Assembly (NCBI GenBank): GCA_022767125.1
Contig: JALEPZ010000034.1
Coordinates: 16,840 to 80,839, forward strand
Reading direction: 5' to 3'
DNA length: 64,000 nucleotides
Source: Phocaeicola plebeius
GTDB lineage: Bacteria; Bacteroidota; Bacteroidia; Bacteroidales; Bacteroidaceae
A program made the translations under genes and the position numbers. Every line of letters begins with the position of its first letter. Within the stretch, counting starts at the first letter, position 1. The notes under the pieces are model-generated. The model did no database searches, had not been told where the DNA came from, and saw only the letters and a program-made list of their open reading frames with translations. Of this stretch, positions 48,837 through 57,428 are shown piece after piece.

Positions 48837-50350
48837 CGCCACATCGTTTGCAAAAAGTTCTGACGTTTGTCCTTCATCACCAGTTCCACCCGAGCATTCA
48901 CTCCGTCATCGCTCTCTACGGTCAGGTAGTCCAGTCCTGCCAGGATGGCGAGGAACTGCGCCATGACATCGCTGCCCTTCAGCTGCTGGCTGAACGTATA
49001 GTGCAGCACATTCGCATTCAGGGCCAGGTAGAAATACTTGCCGGCCACCTCTCCACCCCAAGGATTGTCGCGCAGGGACAGACCCAGCACACGGGCATCC
49101 ACCAGGTTACGGTCGTTGGTCAGGTAGAAACGGTTCTTCTTCACCCCCAACCACAGACTGCCCTTGCCCATCCATCCCCCCTTGGTACGGAACTCATAGC
49201 CCTCCTGTCCGCCGCCGAGCAGCTGCATCTGTCCGCCAGTCAGGGCCAACAGCGGCTTCAGTTCCTCGAAGGTATGCAGGAAGTCCGATCCGGTAACGTC
49301 GGCCCAAGCAATGAAGTGCTGACCCGACAGGTCGGTCAAAGCCAAGGCCACATCCCCCTTTACCGCCGAGAAGATGGCCTCAAAGTCGATGGGCATCATC
49401 GAATGCTCCAGCTCGTGGGCCACCATGGAATTCTCACACAGCCAGCGGTAAAGAGCCGCCCCGTCCCATCGCCCGGTCATCCAACACAGCGTATTGGCCG
49501 GAAACAGGTCGAGGTACTTCCCCTCGACCGGGGTCACCACCTGGTGCAACTTTTCCTGAAAATCCAGCATCACGGGGTCGGTAGTCAGCGAACGGATATC
49601 CATCACGGCCTTGCCGGCATCGAAACGGACCACCGAGAGGTATTTCACATTTTCCTGACACAACTCCGCCGACAGTCCCATGGTCAGCGGTGCCAGCCAC
49701 TGGTGGGGCAGCAGATTCATGGCAGCGAGAGCCACGATATCGCCATCAGCTGTCTGCAACTGCCGGAAAGCGTCAGTAGCAGAAAAGCCCGACTGTTCGT
49801 CCTGGCGCAAAAGCAGGGCCACCGCGGACTGCATCTCACGGGCATCGCTCGTCTGCGGATCTACCATCGCCAGAAAGGCACTGCGGTTATAGGCCACCAG
49901 CACCTTTCCCAGCGTTGTCCATGTGCAACCGTCACTCTCCTTCAGTTCACTACAGATTTGCTGTTCTGCCAGCATCTCCATCAGTTCCTCCAGTTTTCCT
50001 TTCTGCGACACTTTAGCCAATAGGCCGAAGCGTTCTCCCTGAGGCTCGGCGAAGAAATAGACATTCGTCTTCAGGTCCAGTCCGCTCTCGTCGGGCCGAT
50101 TCATAATGTGGTCAATCAGGCCGGAAGAGCCTTCCATCCCGCTTTTCAGCGCATCGCTGATGCGACGGATTGCCGGCTGTCCCACCGCTCCGTTCAGTCC
50201 GCTTTTGGCAGCCATGGAGGCAAAGTCGGCCCTCACCACCAGAGCGGCATCTTTAGGCAGGGCACATTCATAACTGTGCCGAGGTCCACAAGCAGTGAGG
50301 CACAACAACAAGAGCAGCAACCATCCGCCCATCCTTTGTTTCGTTTTCAT
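48833..50350 (-). CDS. DUF4836-like lipoprotein
   Basis: Lipobox LTA-C and GLDLKTNVYFF; family call from resemblance and synteny. Confidence 0.75.
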   Translation of the reverse strand: MKTKQRMGGWLLLLLLCLTACGPRHSYECALPKDAALVVRADFASMAAKSGLNGAVGQPAIRRISDALKSGMEGSSGLIDHIMNRPDESGLDLKTNVYFFAEPQGERFGLLAKVSQKGKLEELMEMLAEQQICSELKESDGCTWTTLGKVLVAYNRSAFLAMVDPQTSDAREMQSAVALLLRQDEQSGFSATDAFRQLQTADGDIVALAAMNLLPHQWLAPLTMGLSAELCQENVKYLSVVRFDAGKAVMDIRSLTTDPVMLDFQEKLHQVVTPVEGKYLDLFPANTLCWMTGRWDGAALYRWLCENSMVAHELEHSMMPIDFEAIFSAVKGDVALALTDLSGQHFIAWADVTGSDFLHTFEELKPLLALTGGQMQLLGGGQEGYEFRTKGGWMGKGSLWLGVKKNRFYLTNDRNLVDARVLGLSLRDNPWGGEVAGKYFYLALNANVLHYTFSQQLKGSDVMAQFLAILAGLDYLTVESDDGVNARVELVMKDKRQNFLQTMWR

Positions 50351-50363
50351 GTGTTTTGTATGT

Positions 50364-51062
50364 TTAGTTCGATAGTAGCTGGAAAGTCATGACCCCCGAC
50401 AAGGCCGCCGTCTCGGTGCGCAGCCGCGACCGTCCCAGACTGACCGCCTGAAAGCCGGACGCTTCCGCCAGCTCCACTTCTTCAGGACTGAAATCTCCCT
50501 CGGGACCAATGAGCAGCAGCACCTCTCCGCCGGGCTTCATCACGTCTTTCAACAGCGGCTTCTCGCTCTCGTAGCAATGGGCAATGAATTTCTGTCCGCC
50601 AAAGTCGCGAGACACGAATGTACGGAAGTCCGTCAGGTCATTTACAATCGGTTTGCGGGCCTTGAGCGACTGCTTCATGGCCGATACGACAATTTTGTCT
50701 ACCCGTTCAGTCTTGAGCACCTTCCGCTCCGAAAAACGGCAAAGAAGGAAAGTCAGTTCGTCGAGTCCCAGTTCCGTCGCCTTTTCGGCAAACCATTCGG
50801 TGCGGTCCATGTTCTTGGTGGGTGCCATGGCCAAGTGTAGCCGTCCTCTCCAGAACGGAGGCTGGGGAAGGGTTTCTGTCACTCGCACCTGGCAGCGTTT
50901 GCCAGATGTCGCACTGATGACCGCACGGTAGAAGGCACCCTTGCCATCGGTCAGTATCACCTCATCGCCTACTCCTAGGCGCAACACGCGCAGACAATGG
51001 CCGGCCTCTTCCTCGGGCAGTTCCGGACATGTAGCGATATCAGGGGTATAGAATACATGCAT
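50364..51062 (-). CDS. rsmE: 16S rRNA m3U1498 methyltransferase
   Basis: HCLRVLRL, EKATELG, LIGPEGDF, LRTETAA. TACTTTTG box at 51167-51174. Confidence 0.96.
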   Translation of the reverse strand: MHVFYTPDIATCPELPEEEAGHCLRVLRLGVGDEVILTDGKGAFYRAVISATSGKRCQVRVTETLPQPPFWRGRLHLAMAPTKNMDRTEWFAEKATELGLDELTFLLCRFSERKVLKTERVDKIVVSAMKQSLKARKPIVNDLTDFRTFVSRDFGGQKFIAHCYESEKPLLKDVMKPGGEVLLLIGPEGDFSPEEVELAEASGFQAVSLGRSRLRTETAALSGVMTFQLLSN

Positions 51063-51309
51063 TTCTCAATTATCTCCTTATTATATATTGTCACATTTAT
51101 CCACTAAACGAGTTTCGCCGGCTTCTTGTCGTGAAACAGCAGTGAAACCCACAGCAACATTGGGAACAAAAGTACGTCTTTTTTTTGAATCCCCCTTTCT
51201 TGCGCCGCCTTTTCTTACGAAAAAGCATCAGAAATGAGCTTAACAGTTAATGTATATTAATAACAAGCGTTTTCTTGGCCAATAATTATGTTGTATAGCA
51301 TAAAAGTTA

Positions 51310-51317
51310 TACCTTTG
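51310..51317 (+). promoter_or_regulatory. -7 promoter box driving a short non-coding unit
   Basis: TACCTTTG with GTTG about 20 bp upstream and no ORF downstream. Confidence 0.7.
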
Positions 51318-51321
51318 CATC

Positions 51322-51388
51322 GTGTTTTTCATGGTATTAGATTTAAGGTTAATGAAGATTGGGAATCTGGGAAGATTCCCTTTTTTTT
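51322..51388 (+). ncRNA. Candidate free-standing ~67-nt sRNA
   Basis: Promoter box, unstructured AU-rich body (GTGTTTTTCATGGTATTAGATTTAAGGTTAA) and strong intrinsic terminator; no ORF. Confidence 0.75.
51361..51388 (+). terminator. Intrinsic terminator of the sRNA candidate
   Basis: GGGAATCT-GGGA-AGATTCCC followed by T8. Confidence 0.88.
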
Positions 51389-51471
51389 GCTGCATCCGGA
51401 AGCCTTCAAAGGAGAAAGCTGAGCAGCAGAAGAAAGGAGACGATTAGAGAGACGTGCCATAATAACAATCC

Positions 51472-51518
51472 GCCTGTCCTTTTGCTTCTCCTAATGAGTA
51501 ACCAGCAAAATGACAGGC
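51472..51518 (-). terminator. Interrupted hairpin downstream of the ior-paaK operon (possible terminator or stabiliser)
   Basis: GCCTGTC/GACAGGC plus TTTTGCT/AGCAAAA stems about 40 bp after the aminotransferase stop; the U-tract is weak. Confidence 0.45.
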
Positions 51519-51555
51519 AGAGATAGTTTTGAACACTCCCGAGCAAAAGAAGCCC

Positions 51556-52899
51556 TTACCGACTGGAGGGCGAAGTGTCCCCAATTGCCTGACAATGTCT
51601 ACGATGGAACGCCTCAATTCTTTCCCGAAAGAGCGGCTGGAGATCTTCAGAGAAGAACGAAGTACAGATGCGGACACCCTGCTGCGTCGACCCCATTGTA
51701 TCCAGCGGATAGACAGCAATGCCGTAATACATCAACTCACGCGTCAGCTGCAGGTCGTTCATTCCCGGATACTGTACGGTGAAATAAAAGCCATCAGCCA
51801 GCGGTGCCCCTAAGTCGTTGTCGTAAACAAGGTAGAATCCGTTGGAAAGTAACACTTCTTTCATGAACCGAGCACGGCGGCCGTATTCCTTCACATCGTC
51901 CAGGAAATTGTAGGAGCCGTCGCAAGCCGCTTCCATGAGTGCGGCCATGGCATGCTGCACACTGTGAGTAGTACCGCTGGAGAACGTGTACATCAGTCGG
52001 TTGGCAAAGAAATTGCCGAACTCACCCACGCCGAAATTCTCCTGCAGCGACGGGTATACACGGTGATAGAGGCGGTTGCTGATGCAGCAGACCCCGATGC
52101 GCTGGCCTGCGTAGGAAAAGGCCTTCGAGCCGGAAACAGAAAGCATATAGTTATCCGTATAGCGAGCTACTGTGGCCTGATAGGGTGCCTCAAAGGGGTG
52201 CGAGAGGTCACGACGGAAGTCCATGGCAAAATAAGCAAGGTCTTCCAGCACGATGAAATCATAGTGCGTAGCCAGACGACCGATGCCCTCCAGTTCTTCC
52301 TCGTTGAAACACACCCACGACGGGTTGTTGGGATTGGAATAGACGATTCCGCAGATATTATACTGGGATACCATTTCCTCCAGTTTGTCAATCAGGTCCT
52401 TGCCACGGTAGTCGTGGATATCGAGTCCGATATGGCGGATGCCGATGACATCACATTGCGTGGTCTGCACCGGAAATCCCGGATGGATGAACAGCACCGT
52501 TGGCTCGCCTTTCTCGTTGGTCACTGAAGCATGTTTCCAGATGGTGAAGGCGGCGAAGGTACCCTGCATAGACCCGGTAGTCGGTATGCAGCAGAGCGGG
52601 TCGATGTCCACCCCGATAAAGGCTTTGACAAACTGTGAAGCTGCCTGCTTGATGCGCGGTATTCCCCCATTGGGTGGGTAAATCGTAGCACACCCGTTGG
52701 CCAGAGCTTCCTGCTCCGCCTTCAAGGCGATGGCTGAGGGCTGCAGTCCTGGAACCCCCATCTCCAAGTGGATTACTTTCTCTCCGGTCTTTTCTTCCAG
52801 CGTCCGCGACAAGGCCTGAATGTCGCGGATGGTTGCTTGTGAGAAGTCACCGAGTCCCATCCGGTTAATGGTCTCGGTGACAATAGTATAGTCAAACAT
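51556..52899 (-). CDS. PLP-dependent aminotransferase class I/II
   Basis: HLEMGVPG, YSNPNNPSW, EDLAY, SGSKAFSYAGQRIG (PLP Lys). ATG at 52899. Confidence 0.92.
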   Translation of the reverse strand: MFDYTIVTETINRMGLGDFSQATIRDIQALSRTLEEKTGEKVIHLEMGVPGLQPSAIALKAEQEALANGCATIYPPNGGIPRIKQAASQFVKAFIGVDIDPLCCIPTTGSMQGTFAAFTIWKHASVTNEKGEPTVLFIHPGFPVQTTQCDVIGIRHIGLDIHDYRGKDLIDKLEEMVSQYNICGIVYSNPNNPSWVCFNEEELEGIGRLATHYDFIVLEDLAYFAMDFRRDLSHPFEAPYQATVARYTDNYMLSVSGSKAFSYAGQRIGVCCISNRLYHRVYPSLQENFGVGEFGNFFANRLMYTFSSGTTHSVQHAMAALMEAACDGSYNFLDDVKEYGRRARFMKEVLLSNGFYLVYDNDLGAPLADGFYFTVQYPGMNDLQLTRELMYYGIAVYPLDTMGSTQQGVRICTSFFSEDLQPLFRERIEAFHRRHCQAIGDTSPSSR

Positions 52900-52901
52900 G
52901 C

Positions 52902-54209
52902 TCAATTCTTGAAGTTTCTCTTATCGTTCACGTGTTTTGCCTTCCCGATGGAACGCTGAATCTGACCCGGCTCCTTGATGTGGATGTTCGGCTTGATGCC
53001 CACCATCGACACAATGCGGTCGTAGAGCGGCTTTATGTACGGCATCTGGCGGGAAGGATTAGGCGAGAAGTACTCGCTGCGGAGTTCCACGTCGAGGTCG
53101 AAGGTATCCTCGTTGTTCTTGCGGTCAACGGTGATGAAATACTGCGCCGTGAAGGCCGGGAACTCAGTGAGACAAGTCTCGATCTGGCTGGGGAACACGT
53201 TCACTCCGCGGATAATCATCATGTCATCGGAACGACCCAGGATGCGGTCCATGCGCACAGCCGTACGTCCGCATTCGCACTTGTCGTAGATGAGGCGCGT
53301 AAGGTCGCGGGTACGATAGCGGATAATCGGCATTGCCTCCTTGCAGAGCGACGTGAACACCAGTTCCCCGAACTCACCCGGTTCGCACGGTTCCAGCGTA
53401 TCGGGATTGATGATTTCGGGGAAAAACATATCTTCCCAGAGATGGGTACCGTTCTGGCATTCGCATTCGCCTCCCACTCCCGGTCCGCACATTTCCGTGA
53501 GTCCGTATATGTCGATGGCCTTGATGCCCAAGCGTTCCTGCAGTTCCTTGCGCATTCCCTCCGTCCAAGGTTCCGCACCGAAGAAACCGACTCGCAGTTT
53601 CAGGTCTTCCTTCTTTACGCTTTCGCTCTTCTCTATTACTTCCGCCAGGTGAAGGGCATACGAAGGCGTGCAGCAGAGCACCGACGAGCCGAAATCCTTC
53701 ATCAGCATGATCTGCTTCTCGGAGTTACCGGCCGAAGTAGGCAACTGCACGGCACCCAGCAGGCCGGCTGCATCGTGTGCACCAAGTCCTCCCGTAAAGA
53801 GTCCGTAGCCATAACTCACCTGAACAATGTCTCCCTTGGTGACACCGCCTGCCGCCATGACTCGAGCCGCCCCTTCCGCCCACATGGCGAGGTCGTTCTT
53901 GGTATAAGTGCCCACCACCGGCTTTCCGGTCGTGCCCGACGAAGCATGGATGCGTACCACCTCACTCTGCGGAACGGCCTGGAGGCCGAAAGGATATTCA
54001 TCGCGAAGGTCGTGCTTGGTAGTAAAAGGCAGACGATGGATGTCGTCAATCGATTTGATATCTTCGGGTTTGATGCCCATCTTGTCCATTTTCCGGCGAT
54101 AGAAGGGCACTTTCTCATAACATGTCTTTACGGTCTTGATAAGCCGCTCAGTCTGCAGCTTGCGCATAGACTCCCGGTCCATGCATTCCATTGCTCTGTT
54201 TAAAATCAT
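52902..54209 (-). CDS. paaK: Phenylacetate/aryl-acid--CoA ligase, copy 1
   Basis: HASSGTTGKP, YGYGLFTGGLG, DIYGLTEMCGPG, RYRTRD, GRSDDMMIIRGVNVFP. Confidence 0.93.
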   Translation of the reverse strand: MILNRAMECMDRESMRKLQTERLIKTVKTCYEKVPFYRRKMDKMGIKPEDIKSIDDIHRLPFTTKHDLRDEYPFGLQAVPQSEVVRIHASSGTTGKPVVGTYTKNDLAMWAEGAARVMAAGGVTKGDIVQVSYGYGLFTGGLGAHDAAGLLGAVQLPTSAGNSEKQIMLMKDFGSSVLCCTPSYALHLAEVIEKSESVKKEDLKLRVGFFGAEPWTEGMRKELQERLGIKAIDIYGLTEMCGPGVGGECECQNGTHLWEDMFFPEIINPDTLEPCEPGEFGELVFTSLCKEAMPIIRYRTRDLTRLIYDKCECGRTAVRMDRILGRSDDMMIIRGVNVFPSQIETCLTEFPAFTAQYFITVDRKNNEDTFDLDVELRSEYFSPNPSRQMPYIKPLYDRIVSMVGIKPNIHIKEPGQIQRSIGKAKHVNDKRNFKN

Positions 54210-54314
54210 AATCTATCAGTTTAAAGTTTCTTTCTTAAGTCAAATCATGGGCTGACCATCTCCGTGGTAAGGTCATCCGGACAATCAGGATTCCCCCTTC
54301 GCCCCTATCCCATT

Positions 54315-55874
54315 TTATTTATAGCAGTCGAAGATTCCGTCGACTATGCGGCGGTCCATCTTCGAGGTACAAAGACTAACGAGAGCCACCACCACGAAAC
54401 CGCCTACCATTGCCACCGCTCCACAATCTATCGGGTTTAGGAGGGCATTACCGAGCATCATGTTCACTACGGTCAGTCCAACCCCCCAGACGAAGCAAGC
54501 CCACACGGCAAGTCGGGTCACCCCTTTCCAGTAGAGGCCCATCAGGAACGGGGCAAGGAAAGCACCGGCAAGCGCTCCCCAGGAGATACCCATCAGCTGG
54601 GCAATGAACTGGGGCGGATTGAGGGCAATCATCAGTGAAAGGGCGATAAAGAACACGATGAACACCCGCATGACCAATACCTTCCGACGTTCAATCTTCT
54701 CGGCCACGAGGTCATCGATTTCACCGCCGGCCACCTCGCCTTCCTGCGATTTTTTATCGCGGTAGATGAGGTCGAGGGTCATGGTCGAAGAGGAAGTAAG
54801 TGCCAAAGAAGCAAGGGTGGACATAGAAGCCGAGAGAACCAGCAACACGACAAGGGCAATGAGTACATCGGGCAGGGTCTCCAGCATCGACGGTACAATG
54901 CTGTCGAAAGCATACTTCTGCTTCTCTACGCTGAAGGCCGGCTCAGGGAACAGACGGCCAAAGCCCCCAAGGAAGTAGCAGCCTCCCGCCACCACCAATG
55001 CAAAGATCGTGGAGATGATGGTGCCGCGGCGGATAGCCGACTCGTCGGTGATGGAATAAAACTTGCCGACCATCTGTGGCAGTCCCCATGTACCCAGCGA
55101 AGTAAGGATAACCACGCCGAGCAGACTCAGCGGAGCAGGCCCGAAGCAGGAGGCGAAATCGCCGGGCTGAAAGCGGGCGAAAAGCCCCGACTTGTCTTCC
55201 AGGTCATGGGCCGTCGGCACCGCCTCCCCCATCTTGGTTATTGCCTCCACAAGGCCACCCTGATGATGGAGTACCACGGCAATCACGGTCGAAATGCCGA
55301 AGAGCATGATAATGCCTTGAATGAAGTCGTTAATGGCCGTTGCCTTGTATCCACCGAGAATGACATAGACGGCGGTGAGCAGGGCCATGATGATGGCGCA
55401 GTAGGCATACGGAATTCCGAAGCCCATCTCGAAGAGTTTAGAGATACCCATATAGACACCTGCCGTGTAGGGGATGAGGAAGATAAAGGCAATGACGGAG
55501 GCCGCCACGCGAAGGCCCTCGTCTGCATACCGAGTGCCGAAGAAGTCGGGCATAGTGCGGCTCTGTATGTGCTGCGTCATCAGTTTGGTGCGTTTGCCCA
55601 GCACCAGCCACGCCAGCAACGAGCCGATAACGGCGTTGCCCACTCCGATCCACGATGCTGACATGCCGTATTTCCAGCCGAATTGGCCGGCGTAGCCCAC
55701 GAACACGACAGCAGAAAAATAAGAGGTGCCATAAGCAAAGGCAGTGAGCCAAGGACCCACGGAACGTCCGCCCAGTACGAAGCCGTCGACCGACTTCGCC
55801 TGCTTTCTCGAATACACTCCCACTGCTACTGTGACGCAGAGGAAGATAATGGTCAATAAAATCTTGATGAACAT
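54315..55874 (-). CDS. Sodium:solute symporter (SSS) family
   Basis: GFVLGGRSVGPWL, YVILGG, SASMST and about 13 TM segments. ATG at 55874. Confidence 0.92.
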   Translation of the reverse strand: MFIKILLTIIFLCVTVAVGVYSRKQAKSVDGFVLGGRSVGPWLTAFAYGTSYFSAVVFVGYAGQFGWKYGMSASWIGVGNAVIGSLLAWLVLGKRTKLMTQHIQSRTMPDFFGTRYADEGLRVAASVIAFIFLIPYTAGVYMGISKLFEMGFGIPYAYCAIIMALLTAVYVILGGYKATAINDFIQGIIMLFGISTVIAVVLHHQGGLVEAITKMGEAVPTAHDLEDKSGLFARFQPGDFASCFGPAPLSLLGVVILTSLGTWGLPQMVGKFYSITDESAIRRGTIISTIFALVVAGGCYFLGGFGRLFPEPAFSVEKQKYAFDSIVPSMLETLPDVLIALVVLLVLSASMSTLASLALTSSSTMTLDLIYRDKKSQEGEVAGGEIDDLVAEKIERRKVLVMRVFIVFFIALSLMIALNPPQFIAQLMGISWGALAGAFLAPFLMGLYWKGVTRLAVWACFVWGVGLTVVNMMLGNALLNPIDCGAVAMVGGFVVVALVSLCTSKMDRRIVDGIFDCYK

Positions 55875-55888
55875 ATGCTGTATTTTTC

Positions 55889-56983
55889 TTAAAATGCCAC
55901 TTGCACCTGTGCCTGCAGCAGGCTCCGATTGTTCCCCTGCAATGCCTTCATGGCATCGCTGCGTAGGCTGTAGGTATATTGTGCCTGTACACGGCACTTC
56001 TTGAAGATCCAATACTGCAGTCCTGCCATGAGGTTTGTCTTCTTCAACCGGGCATCGGTATTATAGTTCATATAGTCGGCCATAGCCACTACATCCAGGC
56101 CTTTATAGACGGGAATGGCCGTCGAAAGGTAAGCTCCAAAACTCTTGCAGCCACCGTCCTTGCCGCCAATCAGCTCTGAGCGCACCACCGCACAACGATG
56201 GTGGTGGTAGTCGCTGCCCGCCCGCTTCGACTTCCACTCCACACCTGCCGAGTAACGGTTCTGGCGATAGGTATCGCCCACCTGCACGGTGGGGTTATAG
56301 GCGGAAGCGTTCATGGCCGTCCCGTAGCCCAGCTGTCCGGAAACAGACAACCGGAAGTTGGGAACCGGCTTGTATTCGAGTTTCGCAATCACGTTCTTCT
56401 TGTTGTCCTTGTCGGCAGCATTGGTCTGTCCGCCATTCACCACCTCCAGCACATAAAACAAGTGACCGCTGAAGAGGGATCCGTAAGCCATCAGTCCCAT
56501 GTCGCGGCCGGCAGGATTGCCCATCAAAGGATCGGCCCCACACAGCCAGAACACGCCCTGCGACATAGGCGAAATGCTCTCTAGCACGGTGGGCGACATG
56601 GGATTCTCCATAGAAATTTCCGTCTTTGACTGGCCAAATCGGAGGTTCAGTGCCTTTAACGGACGGTATTCGAGATAATACTCCTGCATGTCCTTACTCT
56701 TGAAGTCGTGCATAAAGAAAGCATAAAACTGGGGAGTGACGTTAGCTCCCACCATAAGGATGGCGCGGTACATTTCGAACGAATTGGCATTCTGGCCGTT
56801 CTCGGTCAGGGTGGCTGTGTAGCCGGCCTGCGCATATCCCGTCACTTTCAGGCGCGAGGCCACGGCATCGGCCCAGTATGCCACATCCTTCTCCTGGTTT
56901 GTTGCCGGAGGACTGGTCATCTCCCCCCATGCCATAGCTGCCGAAAACAGCCAGACAGCAAGGCCAACAAAGGTTTTTTTCAT
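55889..56983 (-). CDS. Outer-membrane porin (OprO/OprP-like)
   Basis: Signal peptide, amphipathic beta strands, GRDMGLM motif and terminal QVQVAF. Confidence 0.8.
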   Translation of the reverse strand: MKKTFVGLAVWLFSAAMAWGEMTSPPATNQEKDVAYWADAVASRLKVTGYAQAGYTATLTENGQNANSFEMYRAILMVGANVTPQFYAFFMHDFKSKDMQEYYLEYRPLKALNLRFGQSKTEISMENPMSPTVLESISPMSQGVFWLCGADPLMGNPAGRDMGLMAYGSLFSGHLFYVLEVVNGGQTNAADKDNKKNVIAKLEYKPVPNFRLSVSGQLGYGTAMNASAYNPTVQVGDTYRQNRYSAGVEWKSKRAGSDYHHHRCAVVRSELIGGKDGGCKSFGAYLSTAIPVYKGLDVVAMADYMNYNTDARLKKTNLMAGLQYWIFKKCRVQAQYTYSLRSDAMKALQGNNRSLLQAQVQVAF

Positions 56984-57414
56984 AAATCGATTTTTTTCAG
57001 TTCATTTTCAGTGATATAATCCAATTGGTTCAGCATAATCGCTTCCTCTGCCTTGTCGGGACTGTCGGGACGAATCACCACAATGCCACATCCTCCGAAG
57101 AGGAACGAGTACATGTATTTGATTTCCACGCCGACCTGTGTTACCAGCCGGACGATTTCCGCTGCCGCCCCCGGCTGGTTGCTGGCAAGGCGGATGGCAT
57201 AGACATTGGTGATGGTAGCCGAGATGTTCTTGTCGCGCAACAGGCGGAAAGCCCTTTCTGGATCGTTGCAGATGATGCGGTAGATGCCGAACCCGTCGGT
57301 ATCGCCCAGTGTACTAACGATGATGCTGATGCCATTGTCACGCAACATTTCGAGAATCCGTAGCAACGCACCGCTACGGTTCTCGATAAAAATGGAAAGC
57401 TGTTTTATTGTCAT
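56980..57414 (-). CDS. Tandem-ACT-domain small protein
   Basis: MTIKQLSIFIENRSG...NQPG...IKYMYSF, typical of ACT proteins found beside paaK. Confidence 0.9.
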   Translation of the reverse strand: MTIKQLSIFIENRSGALLRILEMLRDNGISIIVSTLGDTDGFGIYRIICNDPERAFRLLRDKNISATITNVYAIRLASNQPGAAAEIVRLVTQVGVEIKYMYSFLFGGCGIVVIRPDSPDKAEEAIMLNQLDYITENELKKIDL

Positions 57415-57428
57415 ATTTCTTCTCTACA

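Noticed and set aside
51345-51356. 12-nt perfect complementarity between the sRNA candidate (TAAGGTTAATGA) and element copy A (22427-22438)
   Set aside because: It is a short AT-rich match within a palindromic motif and was found post hoc; it needs a genome-wide significance test.
52932-54203. 423-aa plus-strand ORF antisense to paaK copy 1 (similarly 57408-58733, 48848-50023, 23749-24732, 12909-13847)
   Set aside because: Shadow ORFs in frame with GC-biased real genes, with no recognisable motifs or start context.
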